From NCBI GenBank assembly GCA_963727005.1, contig CAVSEO010000005.1, positions 833,044-897,043 of the forward strand: a stretch of 64,000 nt of DNA, read 5' to 3'. Below are positions 1-13,222 of the stretch, piece after piece. The position numbers and the translations under genes were made by a program. How positions within the stretch are numbered: position 1 is the stretch's first letter; the number at the start of each line of letters is the position of its first letter. Below the pieces are notes generated by a model. That model had not been told where the DNA came from, ran no database searches, and worked only from the letters and a program-made list of their open reading frames with translations. The stretch is from an uncultured Chloroflexia bacterium (GTDB taxonomy: Bacteria > Chloroflexota > Limnocylindria > Limnocylindrales > CSP1-4).

Positions 1-585
1 CGCCCGCGGACGGCTCTCATGTGGCGTCGATCGTTCCTAGGCCAACGATGATGCCGACGACCGCTCCCGCATACGACATGGCCCCGACTCGAGGCGACGA
101 AGGTGACGCCGACAGGTGCCGCGGCACCGAGAGCCGACTGTCACCCCGTTGGCCCGATCGTCGCCGACCGGGAAGTTGAGGGTCGAGCTCGTCGGGTCGT
201 CGCTGGCGACTGGACCGACGTACAGGTAGCCGTTGCTGGTCTGAGCGGTCACGCTCAGATGCCGGTCACGGCCGGAGCGTTGACCGACGACGCCGCCGAT
301 GCCCGTCGACCGGAAGGTGCAGGGCCACGTGCGAGCTGAGCGGCCCAGCCGAGAGTCCCCGGTGCCGTTACGTGTATCGAGAATGCGTGTCGGGTTCACG
401 GCGTGATAGGTGGAGCCGCTGGTGTCGGGCACGAAGTAGCCGGTCACATCGAAGATGACGTGGGCCGTGGGGCCCGAGATTCGGGGCGACGAGAGGTGAC
501 GCTCAGGGTCTCCCCCGGCAGCCGAGAGCGACGGTAACCGCGTGACCCGCTCGGCCCCGACCGGGAAGTTGAGATCGACTCGTCC

Positions 586-2659
<2,074 letters not shown>

Positions 2660-2772
2660 TCATGGGCGGCCGCATTGTCGCACAGTGTCGCGGGAAGGGA
2701 CGCGGAACGGCATGAGCCGACCCGCGTCAACGCCGCCGAGCGGCGGTAAACTCGGCCGGCAGGAGGTTCCAA

Positions 2773-3438
2773 TTGACCGTCGCAGCCGTCGTCCTGGTAC
2801 CCGATCTCGAGGTCGCGCTTTCCGACGCCGACGGCGAGCCCGCGATCCGACGCCTGTGCCAGGCCGCGTGGGCCGGCGGGGCGATGCCTATCGTCCTCGT
2901 GGTGCCCGACGAATCGCCGCCCCTTGCGGAGGCCCTGGCGGACCTGCCGGTCACCGTCGCCAGCGCCGCCGCCGAAGGCGCCCCCGGCGTGGCGTGGTTC
3001 GTCTTCGGACTTCATTCGGCCGTCGCTGCCGTGGCCGAGACCTCCGCGGGGCTGATGTGGCCGCTCCGGTACGCCTGGGTGGACCCGGAGACGGTCACTT
3101 CCCTGATCGAGGCTCACGGCGCCGCCGCCGATGACATCCTCCGGCCCGCCTACGGGAGCCAACCCGGTTTCCCGATCCTCGTTCCGGCCGCCCTCGAGAC
3201 GCGCCTGGGCGCGCTTCGAGGCCGGCACGGCGAGGAGGCCGTGGCCTCGCTGGTCGCGGACGGCGTGCCGCAGCGTTCGATCGAGCTGGGCGATCCCGGC
3301 ATCACCCATGACATAGCGACGCCGCGCGCCGGCCTGCCCGGATACCAGGGCCCGCCGGAGCCGGCAGCCGGCCCGCCACCGGAGTGGAACGCGGACCTGG
3401 CCGCTCAGGCTGAGCGATCCGCCGAGTCCGCCCGGTAG
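2773..3438 (+). CDS. MobA-like NTP-transferase family protein (nucleotidyltransferase)
   Basis: Intact 221-aa ORF with a TTG start 6 nt after a perfect AGGAGG (2761-2766). The layout (AVVLVPD..., [16 protein letters not shown]) resembles MobA/CTP:molybdopterin cytidylyltransferase-like proteins. The family call is by eye only. Confidence 0.45.
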   Translation: MTVAAVVLVPDLEVALSDADGEPAIRRLCQAAWAGGAMPIVLVVPDESPPLAEALADLPVTVASAAAEGAPGVAWFVFGLHSAVAAVAETSAGLMWPLRYAWVDPETVTSLIEAHGAAADDILRPAYGSQPGFPILVPAALETRLGALRGRHGEEAVASLVADGVPQRSIELGDPGITHDIATPRAGLPGYQGPPEPAAGPPPEWNADLAAQAERSAESAR

Positions 3439-3462
3439 CCACGGACCGGGCAGGATCTGGGT

Positions 3463-4471
3463 CTACGTGCTCGGCGAGGCTCTCAGAGACGCACTCGGCG
3501 AGGCCGCCGGATTCTCGATCACCTGCGGACCGCCGACATTCGTGAACATGTAGCTCGTCTCGATATCGAGCAGCTTCGTTCCGTTCGCGGCCGTGTTGGT
3601 CGCCGAGAAGACCGCCTTCACCGGGCTGCCGTCGGGCGAAGTCCACAGGTCCAGCGACACGACCTCCGGTTTGAAGAGCGAACCCGGAGATATCGATCAT
3701 GGAGATTCGGGCGACGTCCGGCGCCCACGACGCTGGTGCTCCGGAAGTGGTTCACGGGCTGCCCGTCGATGTTCTCCTCCCCGACGAGCTGAAGCATCTG
3801 AGGCTTGGTGAGCCCGAACGACTGATCGATCACCAGGTAGCCGGCAATACTGGCCGCGGTCGACCATCGTCGTAGCCGGTGGCACTCTCACGAAGACGAC
3901 GCCGCCGATGACCCGGTACTCGCGAGTGATCCCCTCCTCGATGACGATCCCGCCTTCATTGCCGCCCGCGATCTGACCGACGAAGGAGACGGCGTGTCTC
4001 TCGTGCTTGCCGAGAGACGGGTCGTTCACGTCCGCAACGCTCTGGACGGTGACATCGGCGCTCAGGTTGGGATCGTTGAGCTGCTGGAGCGTCAGGGCGA
4101 TGCTCGGAGGAAGAGTCGGCGTCGCCGAGGGCTGTTCGGTGCGCGGCACCACGTATCCGGCCGGGGCCGTCGCGGCGGAACCGAAGCCGCCGACGGCGAC
4201 GACTATCGCAACAACTGCCGCCAGACCGATCAGGACGACTCCCCCGCCGATGAGCAGGCCGGTCGAGTTGCGTCGAGGAAGGGGCCGGAGCGGCACCACC
4301 AACGGTGGAGGCACGAACTCCGTGCCTGCGTACCGGTCGACATAGAGCTGGCCGCCCGAATCAGGCTGGAGCGGTCGGCGGCTGGTACGGCGCGCCGCAC
4401 TTCGTACATGGCCCCGCCTCGGCGTCGAAGACCTCGTGACACCTGTGGCACCGCACCATCTTCTCGGCCAT
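3463..4471 (-). CDS. Zinc-ribbon / single-TM / extracytoplasmic-domain protein, function unknown. At least 3 frameshifts.
   Basis: The unlisted short frame from ATG 4471 gives MAEKMVRCHRCHEVFDAEAGPCTKCGAPY (CxxC...CxxC). It continues in 3697..4314 (TM segment LLIGGGVVLIGLAAVVAIVVAV), then 3618..3833, then 3463..3660 (LDLWTSPDGSPVKAVFSATN). Confidence 0.5.
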
Positions 4472-4543
4472 TAGATAGCCTCCGCCGACCGTGTGAGCGC
4501 TCGCCCGGCCGCACCCTTCGGCGCTCCAACGGCGTCTTGGTCC

Positions 4544-6475
4544 CTATTTCGTTGCTTCGAGGCCGACGTATCGCAAGCCCAGTTCAGAGTACTGCTCCGG
4601 TTCGGGCTCCGAAGGGGCTTCCAGCATCAGATCCGTCCCCGATTGGGTCTTGGGGAAGGCCATGACCTCGCGGATATTGGTCTGGTGGGAGAAGAGGGCC
4701 GCCCAGCGGTCTATGCCCATGGCGATGCCGCCGTGGGGTGGCGCCCCGAAGTCGAAAGCCTCGAGGATGCCGCCGAACAGCTCGTGCATCTTCTCCAATG
4801 AGTAGCCCTGGAGGGCGAAGCTCCGTTCCAGCAGCTCCCGCTTGTGGATGCGAACCGAGCCGCCGCCCAACTCCCAGCCGTTGAGGGCGATGTCGTACTG
4901 CATGGCCCGCGCCCGGCCGGCCGGATCCTGCCTCGAGGGCCGGTACGGGTCTCCGGAGTCGGTCACGAGAAGCTTCTCATCCTCCGGCACGACGCCGCTG
5001 AAGGGGTTGTGGGTGGCGTCCCAGCGGCTCCGGTCCGCGTCCCACTGGTACATGGGAAAGTGATAGACCCAGCAATAGGCCAGCACGTTCTGGTCGGCCA
5101 GACCCAGCCGCAGGCCCAGTTCCTGGCGCAACCGGCCGAGCACGTCGGCGACCAGCTCGTGGCTCGCGTCGGCGCAGATCAGAACGAGATCGCCGGGCTT
5201 CGCGCCGGCGGCGGCGACGATCGCCGCGATGCGATCGTCTCCGAGGAACTTCGCGATCGGCGATTGACCGGCCCCGTCCGCGGCCACCGACACGTGGGCC
5301 AGTCCCCTGGCGCCGTACCGGCGGGCGAATTCGACAAGCTCGTCGATCTGCTTGCGTGACGCGTCCGCCATTCCCGGAGCCACGATCGCCTTGACGCGGC
5401 CGCCGGCGGCCAGGGCTTCGTCGAAGACCCGGAAGCCCGTGCCCGCCTCGCCGGGAGCCGGGACTGCCCGCGGCGCCGGCGCCGCCATCAGCGCAGGCGC
5501 CAGATCTACAAGCTCCATGCCGAAACGCAGGTCCGGCTTGTCCGAGCCGAACCTTTCGAGAGCCTGTCCGTGGTCGATCCGTGGAAACGGCAGCTGCTGG
5601 ATCGGCCTGTCCGGCACGACAGCCTTGCTTACGTCGACGATCATGGCTTCGACGAAGTCCATGACCCGCTGCTCGTCCACGAAGCTCATCTCCAGGTCCA
5701 GCTGGGTGAACTCGGGCTGGCGGTCGCCGCGCAGATCCTCGTCCCGGAAGCAGCGCGCTATCTGGAAGTAGCGGTCCATTCCGGCAACCATCAACAGCTG
5801 CTTGAGCTGCTGGGGGCTCTGCGGCAGGGCGTACACGCTGCCCGGCTGGAGGCGGCTCGGGACTATGAAGTCGCGGGCACCCTCGGGCGTGGACTTGAGC
5901 AGGATCGGGGTCTCGACCTCCACGAAACCGGCGCGGTGGTGGGCATCGCGGATCGCCCTGACCAGGTCGGAGCGGAGCAGCAAACGTTCCAGCAGCGGAC
6001 GACGGCGGATGTCCAGGTACCGATACTTGAGGCGGATCGACTCATCCGTGGTCGCATCCGGCTCGTTGACGTAGAACGGCGGCGTCTGCGCCTCGCCCAG
6101 AATCTCCACCGAACCGGCGCGGACCTCGATCTCGCCCGTCTCCAGCTCGGCGTTCTCCTTGCCGGCCAGCCGGCGGGCGATCGAGCCTTCGATCCGCACG
6201 ACGAACTCGTTACGGACGCGACTTGCCACCTCGTGAGCGCCCTGCGCCTCCTCGGCGTCGACAACGACCTGAGTGATGCCGTACCGGTCGCGCAGGTCCA
6301 GGAAGATGAGATGGCCGTGGTCGCGGCGGCGGTGAACCCAGCCGGCCATCGCCACAGTCCGGCCGGCGTCGTCGGCCCGCAGCTCACCGCACGTGACGTC
6401 GCGATACGGAGTCGCGAGACCGAAGGCGATCTCGGGCGCAGTGGAACTTGGGCCGGGCTCACTCATGCCGTGCAT
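4544..6475 (-). CDS. aspS: Aspartyl-tRNA synthetase, bacterial type with GAD insertion
   Basis: This is the C-terminal 643 aa of ORF 4544..7255, starting at MHGMSEPG. It has an OB-fold N-terminus (GWVHRRRDHGHLIFLDLRDRYG), class II motifs (FRDEDLRGDRQPEFTQLD; GGGSVRIH; GIAMGIDR) and appears intact. The first ~260 aa of the listed ORF are out-of-frame hisS. Confidence 0.95.
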   Translation of the reverse strand: MHGMSEPGPSSTAPEIAFGLATPYRDVTCGELRADDAGRTVAMAGWVHRRRDHGHLIFLDLRDRYGITQVVVDAEEAQGAHEVASRVRNEFVVRIEGSIARRLAGKENAELETGEIEVRAGSVEILGEAQTPPFYVNEPDATTDESIRLKYRYLDIRRRPLLERLLLRSDLVRAIRDAHHRAGFVEVETPILLKSTPEGARDFIVPSRLQPGSVYALPQSPQQLKQLLMVAGMDRYFQIARCFRDEDLRGDRQPEFTQLDLEMSFVDEQRVMDFVEAMIVDVSKAVVPDRPIQQLPFPRIDHGQALERFGSDKPDLRFGMELVDLAPALMAAPAPRAVPAPGEAGTGFRVFDEALAAGGRVKAIVAPGMADASRKQIDELVEFARRYGARGLAHVSVAADGAGQSPIAKFLGDDRIAAIVAAAGAKPGDLVLICADASHELVADVLGRLRQELGLRLGLADQNVLAYCWVYHFPMYQWDADRSRWDATHNPFSGVVPEDEKLLVTDSGDPYRPSRQDPAGRARAMQYDIALNGWELGGGSVRIHKRELLERSFALQGYSLEKMHELFGGILEAFDFGAPPHGGIAMGIDRWAALFSHQTNIREVMAFPKTQSGTDLMLEAPSEPEPEQYSELGLRYVGLEATK

Positions 6476-6531
6476 CGTACCGGAACGAGCGCCCGGGATG
6501 GCATCGCGGTCAGCCGGCCGGTGCAGCCTCC

Positions 6532-7820
6532 CTACCCGTGGTGATGGCTCTTGGCGGCGCGGGCCAGAACCCCGGCCAGGTCCGTCAGCGCCACGACCCG
6601 CTGCGTTCCCGCCTCCAAGTCCTTGAGCTGCACGTGGCCGTCGGCCAGCTCGTCGCCGATGATCACCGCGAAATGGGCGTGGTCGCGAGACGCGGCCTCG
6701 AGCTGCCGCCCCAGCTTGCGGGTGGCAAGCTCCGCCCGAACCGACAGCCCCTCGGCTCGCAGCATCGAGGCCACTCGCAGACGCGCGACGCGTGTCCGCC
6801 GGGTCCGCGCCCACGACGACCGCCAGCGGCGCCGGTTCTCGCGTCTTCTCCGCGCCCACTTCCTCCAACGCCAGCAGCACCCGATCCAGCCCCAGGGCGA
6901 ACCCGATCGCCGGGCGTGGGCCTGCCGCCGAGCAGCTCGGCCAGCCCGTCGTACCGGCCACCGCCGCCCAGGGCCTGCTGCTGTCCCTCGGCGCCGCTGC
7001 GGTAGTACTCGAACGCCGTCCGGGAGTAGTAGTCGAGCCCTCGCACCAGCATCGGCTGGAGTCGATACGGCACGCCGACCGCCTCGAGATGCGCCCTGAC
7101 CGCCGCGAAGTGACCGGCGCAGGCCTCGCAAAGGCAATCGACCATCTTCGGCGCTTCAGAGATGAGACCGGCCATGTCGGGATCCTTCGAGTCGAGCAGG
7201 CGCAGCGGGTTCGTGGAAAGCCGCCGTCTCTCGAGCTCGGGCAAGGCAGCCTCATGACTCCGGAAGTACGCCGTCAGCTTCTCCAGGTAGGCAGGCCGGC
7301 ACGCCCCGTCACCGATCGAATTCAGAAGGACCTCGACGCCCTTCACCCCTGCCTCGGCGTAGAAGCGCCAGCCAAGCTCCACGATCTCGGCGTCCACGGC
7401 CGGACCCGGATCGCCTATGGCCTCGGCGTCCCATTGCCAGAACTGGCGGTAGCGGCCCGCCTGAGGGCGGTCGTAGCGGAACATCGGGCCGAGCACCGAG
7501 AGCTTCACCGGCTGCGGCCACGTCTGCATCCCGTGCTGGACGAAAGCCCTCACGACACCGGCCGTCGCCTCGGGCCGGAGCGCCCACGACTCGGCCTCTT
7601 CGGTCCGCGGCGCCAGGCGGAAGAGCTCCTTCTCGACTACGTCGGTCGCTTCGCCGATGCCGCGCTCGAAGACGGCCGTTTGCTCGAAGAGCGGGATCTC
7701 CATCTCGCGGTAGCCGTACCGGACCGCGAGCGAGCGCGCTATCCCCTCGAGCCTGCCCAGTCCGACGCGAACGTCGGGCAGGAGGTCACGTGTTCCCCTG
7801 GGAGCGCGGAATGAGGGCAT
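6532..7820 (-). CDS. hisS: Histidyl-tRNA synthetase. Two frameshifts, near 6910 and near 6790.
   Basis: Frame 6663..7820 holds the N-terminal part (RGTRDLLP, FRYDRPQAGRYRQFWQ, GGGGRYDGL). Frame 4544..7255 holds the middle (AIGFALGLDRVLLAL). Frame 6532..7137 holds the anticodon-binding end (HFAVIIGDELADGHVQLKDL). Confidence 0.9.
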
Positions 7821-7905
7821 GGCACCAAGTCTAGCGAACCGCGAATCCGGAAGCGGCCGCGCCGGCCGCCTTTCGGGGCCGCCTTCCGGCCGGAGGCCTT
7901 CCGGG

Positions 7906-8346
7906 TCAGGCGACGACGTTCCCGGTGTCTTCCTTGAAGGCCAATCGGAGGCAGGAGAAGAACCGTCGGACGGCCATCACGATCGACCGTCTGGAGACTC
8001 CGCCTTCGACCGACAGGTAGTAGTCGAAGTAGAACTTCCCGTTCGCCGAGACGGACGCCCGGATGAGCTTGACCTGGTCGTTGACGTGGTTGACGTACGC
8101 CAGCTTGTCCGCCTGCGGCACGCCCGGACTGGCGCCGAAGATGGCGTAGATCAAGATCAGCCGGCCATCGGGATCGGGTCGCAGGTAGCAGCGGTGAGTG
8201 TCCTGCACGATCAGGTCTCCGTCCGTGTCCTCGGAGACCTCCATGTAGAACTCCTCGAAGACCTTCTTGAGGACCTCCGAGTTGATGCCCTCGGGATAGA
8301 TGAACTCGTCAGACACGGAACCCTCCTTGCGGACCACACTCGGCAC
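7906..8346 (-). CDS. YbjN-like protein (T3SS-chaperone-like putative sensory transduction regulator fold)
   Basis: Intact 146-aa ORF. The pattern DGDLIVQDTHRCYLRPDPDGRLILIYAIF...KLAYVNHVNDQVKLIRASV...FYFDYYL resembles the YbjN family. Recognised by eye only. Confidence 0.5.
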   Translation of the reverse strand: MPSVVRKEGSVSDEFIYPEGINSEVLKKVFEEFYMEVSEDTDGDLIVQDTHRCYLRPDPDGRLILIYAIFGASPGVPQADKLAYVNHVNDQVKLIRASVSANGKFYFDYYLSVEGGVSRRSIVMAVRRFFSCLRLAFKEDTGNVVA

Positions 8347-8442
8347 TCGATCGCCCAGGGCGTAACGGCGGCTGTGCCATGGTTACTCGACCAGTCCCCG
8401 GACTATACCGGACGAAACGCCTCGCGCGCGATCCAGCCGGCC

Positions 8443-10698
8443 CTACCCCAGGTCCCGCTGTACCGAGATCACGTCCTTGAGCTGCTCCAGACGGCTCATT
8501 ACACGGGCCAGCTGGGCGACGGAGGCCACCTCGAGCGTGGCCCGGACCGTGGCCGTCCTATCGGGCATCACGGCGACGTTGGCGGCGAGGATGTTGACCT
8601 TTGCCTCCGCCACGACCTGGCTCACGTCCGAGAGAAGCCCGGTCCGGTCGTAGGCCTCGAGACGAATCGAGATCGGGTAGGTCTGCTGCATCTGGCTCTC
8701 CCACTCGACTTCGATCAGGCGAGCCGTTTCCCGCTCCCCAAGCACCGTATGGCAGCTCTTCAGGTGGACGGTGACGCCCTTTCCGCGGGTGATGAAACCG
8801 ATGATGGGGTCGCCCGGAATGGGGTGGCAGCACTGGCCGAACCGGACCATCAGGTCGCCGACTCCCTTCACCCGGACGCCGCCCTGGCGGGACGGACCCG
8901 GCGGCGCGGCGGTCGGCGGGAGCGCGAGCTGGGCATCGTCGACCACGCCGAGTCGTGAGACCACTTGCTGGGCGCCGATCGCCCCGTAACCGACCGCGGC
9001 GTAGAAGTCGTCAAGGTTGTCGTGCTTGTAGGTCCGGGCTATCTCCAGGATCCGATCGATGCCGACGGCTCCAATGCTCGTGCGGGCCAGGCGGCGCAGT
9101 TCGCGGTCCAGGGAATCGCGGCCGTGGGCGATGTTCTCGTCGCGCTCCTGGCGCTTGAACCACTGCCGGATCTTCTCCCGCGCGTGGCTGGTCCGGACCA
9201 GGTTCATCCAGTCGCGCGAGGGTCCGTGGTCGCCCTTGGTGGTGACGATCTCGACTATGTCGCCGTTCTTGAGCCTGTAGTCGAGCGGCACCAGGCGGTT
9301 GTTGATCTTGGCGCCGATACAGCGATGGCCGATGTCGGTGTGGATCCGGTAGGCGAAGTCGAGAGGCGTCGCCCCGGCGGGGAGATCCTTGACCTCACCC
9401 TTGGGCGTGAAGACGAAGACCTGATCCTGGAATACGTCGAGCTTGACGCCCTCGACGAACTCGGTCGCGTCGCTGACCTCGCGCTGCCAGTCCATGACCT
9501 GGCGCAGCCAGGCCAGCTTGGCGTCGTACTCCTTGTCGGCTCGCGAGCCCTCCTTGTAGCGCCAGTGCGCGGCGATGCCGGCTTCGCTGACCTGGTGCAT
9601 GGCCCGCGTCCGGATCTGGATCTCGAGCGGCTGGCCATCGAGGGCCATCACGGCCGTGTGGAGGCTCTGGTAGAGGTTCGGCTTGGGAACGGCGATGTAG
9701 TCGTCGAACTGCCCGGGGATAGGGCGCCACAGCGAATGGACTACGCCGAGAGCGGCGTAGCAATCCCTGACCTCTTCCACCAGGATCCGGATGGCGTAGA
9801 CGTCGTAGATCTCGCCGATCTCGGCGCCCTTGCGCTCCATCTTCTTCCAGATGCTGTACAGGTGCTTCGGCCGGCCGGACAGCTCGGCTTCCAGGCCGGC
9901 CCGCTTCAGCTCCGGTCGCAGCGTCTCGATGGCGCGCTGGATGAACGCCTCTCGACCCTTTCTCCGGGTGTCCAGCATTCGGGCCAGCTCACGGTATGAG
10001 TCCGGCTCCAGGGTCTTGAAGGCCAGATCCTCCAGCTCCCACTTGACGCTCCACATCCCGAGCCGCTCCGCGAGAGGGGCGTAGATCTCGAGAGTCTGGC
10101 GGGCGATGCGCCCCTGCTTGTCCGCCGGCAGCGCGTACAGCGTGCGCATGTTGTGCAGCCTGTCGGCCAGCTTGATCAGGACGACGCGGATGTCGTCGGC
10201 CATCGCCAGGAACATCTTCCGGATGTTCTCGGCCTGCTGCTCCTCGTGGGTGTGGGTGCTGAACTTGGAGAGCTTCGTGACCCCGTCCACCAGCTGGGCG
10301 ACCTCGGTCCCGAACTGCTCATCGACATCCTCGAGCGTGAAGTCGGTGTCTTCGGGCACGTCGTGGAGGATCGCCGCCGTGATGGCCACGGGATCGATGC
10401 CGATGTCGGCCAGGATCTGGGCCGACGCCAGAGGATGGGTTATGTACGGCTCGCCGGTGAAACGGGTCTGGTCGTGGTGCGCCAGCAGGGCGAAATCGAA
10501 AGCCTGCTGCAGGACCGTGAGATCCGCCTGCGGGTAGTGGCGAGCGACCGAGTCCCGGAGCTTGCGAAATTGCGACTGCGGGGACGACCGCACGGCCAGG
10601 CCCAGCCGAATTCGCTGGGCCATCGGCCTTCGGCTCGGCGGCTTGCGCGAAGAGGCCTCTTCGGTCTGCGGCGAGGGACCGACCGGTTCGATTGACAT
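8443..10698 (-). CDS. relA: Bifunctional (p)ppGpp synthetase/hydrolase RelA/SpoT (Rel)
   Basis: Intact 751 aa. It has the HD hydrolase domain (HDQTRFTGEPYITHP, LHDVPEDT), the synthetase domain (RPKHLYSIWKKM, DVYAIRILV, EIQIRT), then TGS and a C-terminal ACT-like domain. Confidence 0.95.
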   Translation of the reverse strand: MSIEPVGPSPQTEEASSRKPPSRRPMAQRIRLGLAVRSSPQSQFRKLRDSVARHYPQADLTVLQQAFDFALLAHHDQTRFTGEPYITHPLASAQILADIGIDPVAITAAILHDVPEDTDFTLEDVDEQFGTEVAQLVDGVTKLSKFSTHTHEEQQAENIRKMFLAMADDIRVVLIKLADRLHNMRTLYALPADKQGRIARQTLEIYAPLAERLGMWSVKWELEDLAFKTLEPDSYRELARMLDTRRKGREAFIQRAIETLRPELKRAGLEAELSGRPKHLYSIWKKMERKGAEIGEIYDVYAIRILVEEVRDCYAALGVVHSLWRPIPGQFDDYIAVPKPNLYQSLHTAVMALDGQPLEIQIRTRAMHQVSEAGIAAHWRYKEGSRADKEYDAKLAWLRQVMDWQREVSDATEFVEGVKLDVFQDQVFVFTPKGEVKDLPAGATPLDFAYRIHTDIGHRCIGAKINNRLVPLDYRLKNGDIVEIVTTKGDHGPSRDWMNLVRTSHAREKIRQWFKRQERDENIAHGRDSLDRELRRLARTSIGAVGIDRILEIARTYKHDNLDDFYAAVGYGAIGAQQVVSRLGVVDDAQLALPPTAAPPGPSRQGGVRVKGVGDLMVRFGQCCHPIPGDPIIGFITRGKGVTVHLKSCHTVLGERETARLIEVEWESQMQQTYPISIRLEAYDRTGLLSDVSQVVAEAKVNILAANVAVMPDRTATVRATLEVASVAQLARVMSRLEQLKDVISVQRDLG

Positions 10699-10797
10699 CG
10701 AGAATCAGTCTACCAGCCAGCCTCCCGGCGACCGTTCCGGGCTAACGGATGGAACGACCGCGGACCGCGGCGCCCAACGAGCCCCCGTCCACCGGAT

Positions 10798-11505
10798 CTA
10801 GATGCCCAGCAACGATTCCAGGTCGATGGTCCCGTTCAGGGTGACCTGGTCCGCTCCGATGGTCACCGACGAGATGCGGAAGGGGTTCCCGCCTCCGGGC
10901 GCGATCAGAGTCACCGTGGGCAGCGAATCGCCGTCCGGCACGAGGAGCAGCCCCCCCGCCGCGGCCTCGAGACGGCCGGGCTGGGACTTGCCTCCCGCCG
11001 TGACGGTGACCTTGTTCGGCGCCGCAAGCGTGACCGTTGCCGCGACACCGAGAGCTTTGAGCTGCGCCACCGCGAGCCGCTGCGCTTCCGCCATGGACAC
11101 GTCCATCTCCGCGCTCGCGGAGCGCGCCGCTCCGCTCAACGTGACGGTGTCCACGGTCAATGGTTGGCCGTCGGGAGTCGCCACCCGAACACCCTCCAGA
11201 GTCCCCGTCACAGTCCCGATCTTGCGGCTGAACAGCTCCACCTCGCCGAGCGTCAGGTCCAGGCTGGCGGCGTGGAGGTCGCCCATGCCGACCTGGCGCG
11301 ACACCAGGTGGATCGAGTCCGCATGGCCGGTCAAGAGCAGCGGTGGCGGGTAGGCCGAGACGTCCACCTTCGTGTCGGTGCCCGAGAAACCGCCGGCGTT
11401 GAGCGCGTTGGTGGCCAGCCAGCTCGCTCCGAAAGGAAGGCCGAACCAGAGCAGCGCGAAGACCACGGCGACCAGGATCAGAAGCTGGAAGAGACAGGAC
11501 CGCAT
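10798..11505 (-). CDS. DUF2993/LmeA-like membrane-anchored protein
   Basis: Intact 235 aa. An N-terminal TM (LLILVAVVFALLWFGL) is followed by a repetitive beta-rich body typical of DUF2993. Confidence 0.5.
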   Translation of the reverse strand: MRSCLFQLLILVAVVFALLWFGLPFGASWLATNALNAGGFSGTDTKVDVSAYPPPLLLTGHADSIHLVSRQVGMGDLHAASLDLTLGEVELFSRKIGTVTGTLEGVRVATPDGQPLTVDTVTLSGAARSASAEMDVSMAEAQRLAVAQLKALGVAATVTLAAPNKVTVTAGGKSQPGRLEAAAGGLLLVPDGDSLPTVTLIAPGGGNPFRISSVTIGADQVTLNGTIDLESLLGI

Positions 11506-11544
11506 CTGGTCAGGGTCTCCTTTCGGAATCGCGCAGGCGCACCA

Positions 11545-13222
11545 TCAGCCCCGATAGCCAAGCAGCTCCAGCGCCCGGACGGCTTCGCTGCGTTCGTCCC
11601 AGTCTCGCTGGCCCTCAGCCATGATGATCGATTGCTCGTGGCCTTTTCCGGCGAGCAGGACCACGTCTCCGGCGCGGGCCAGGCCGAACGCCGCCTCGAT
11701 CGCCTCGCGGCGGTCGGCTATGCAGAGGAGGTCCACGTCCCGCCGCCGCCCCGCGGCCTCGGCACCGGCAGCGATCTCGTCGAGGATCTTCCGGCTGTCT
11801 TCCCCGCGCGGGTCCTCGTCCGTCACAACGACCAGCCGGCATCGCTCGCCGGCGATGCGGCCCATGATCGGCCGCTTCTGGATGTCGCGTTCTCCGGCGG
11901 AGCCGAAGACGGCGATCAGGCCTCCGCCCTGCCCCGATGCGACCGGGCCCAGGAGATCGAGCACCTTCTGAAGGGAGGCCGGCGAATGGGCGTAGTCCAC
12001 GATCACTTCGAACGGCTGGCCGCGTTCGACGCGCTCCATCCGGCCTGGAACGCCCGCCAGCCCGGCCAGACCCGTGCGGATCTGGTCGGGGTCGAGGTCC
12101 AGGGCCTCGCCCACCGCCACGGCCGCCAGGGCGTTGTGCACGTTGAACCGGCCGGCGAACCGGAGATCGACCGAGCGCGTGCCAGCGCGGCGTCATCACG
12201 TCAACCCGAAGGAATCGGCCGGTCTCCTCGATCGCGACGGAGCGGACCGCGGCCTCCGCCGAGGTCCCGTACGTAATCGCCCGCGCGCCGGCGTCCGCCG
12301 CGGCCGCCAGGAAGAGTCCGGCAGCCGGGTCGTCCAGGTTGACGATCGCGGTCCTGGGCCAGGAGCGAGTCAGCTCCTTGGCCGGTCCCGTGGCCGCCAG
12401 TCCACGGAACAGGCTCAGCTTGGCATCCCGGTAGGCCTCGAACGTCCCGTGAAGCTCCAGGTGCTCGTGACTCAGGTTCGTGAAGATCGCCATGTCGTAT
12501 TCGATCTCCGCGACTCGCCGGAGGGCCAGGCCGTGGGAGGTCGTCTCGACAACTGCCGCCTCGTTGCCGGCCAGTACCATCGCCCGAAGGGCGCGCTGCA
12601 GCTCCGGCGCCTGCGGCGTAGTGACGTGCTCCCGGTTGGCGCTCCGAACGTCGCCGATCTTGGTCGCCGCCGTGGTCACGAGACCCGTCGAGATCCCCGC
12701 CGTGTCGAGCACGGCGGCCGCCATGTACGAGGTGGTCGTCTTGCCGTCCGTGCCGGTGATCCCGACGACTCCAAGCGAGCGGCTCGGATCCTCGTACCAC
12801 CACGCCGCGGTCGTGGCCAGGGCCTCTTCTCGTGTCGTCGACGACGATCTGGGGCAGGGCCGCCCCGGGGATCGAGTGGCTCCACGATCGCGGCGACCGC
12901 CCCGGCCTCGGCCGCGGCCGCGAGGAAGTCGTGCCCGTCGGCATGGACCCCGGGAATGGCCACGAAGATGCACGAGCTCGCGTACCTGACGAGAATCGAA
13001 GGCTATGCCGCCGACGCGCACCGACGCGGGATCCGGCCCGTGTCCGCCCTCCGACGGGACGGCGCTCTCGGCCGGCCGGACGCCCCGCAGGCTGCCACCG
13101 GCATCAAGCCGCTCGATCAACTCCCCGAGAGGGCGGCTCTTCCCGGGCTCGGCTCGCGCGAGCGCCTCGGTCAAGGCATCGACGGCGGGTTCCGGCCCAC
13201 CGGCCGCCCCATCCCTCGTCAC
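11545..13222 (-). CDS. murE: UDP-N-acetylmuramoyl-tripeptide synthetase MurE. At least 4 frameshifts.
   Basis: The GTG start overlaps the femX-like stop (GTGA at 13219-13222). Pieces: FDSRQV (main frame), VAIPGVHADGHDFLAAAAEAGA (12676..12963), LPQIVVDD (12201..12944), GITGTDGKTTT...TTSHGL...FTNLSHEHLELHG (11615..14095), DYAHSP...LLAGKGHE (11545..12141). Confidence 0.9.

Noticed and set aside
4544-7255. A 903-aa ORF that could be read as an AspS protein with a large novel N-terminal domain, or as a HisS-AspS fusion
   Set aside because: The first ~260 residues are Arg/Ala/Gly-rich. They include a stretch of genuine HisS sequence (AIGFALGLDRVLLAL) only because hisS is frameshifted into this frame. 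AspS has its own start at 6475, after a 56-nt gap from the real hisS stop at 6532.
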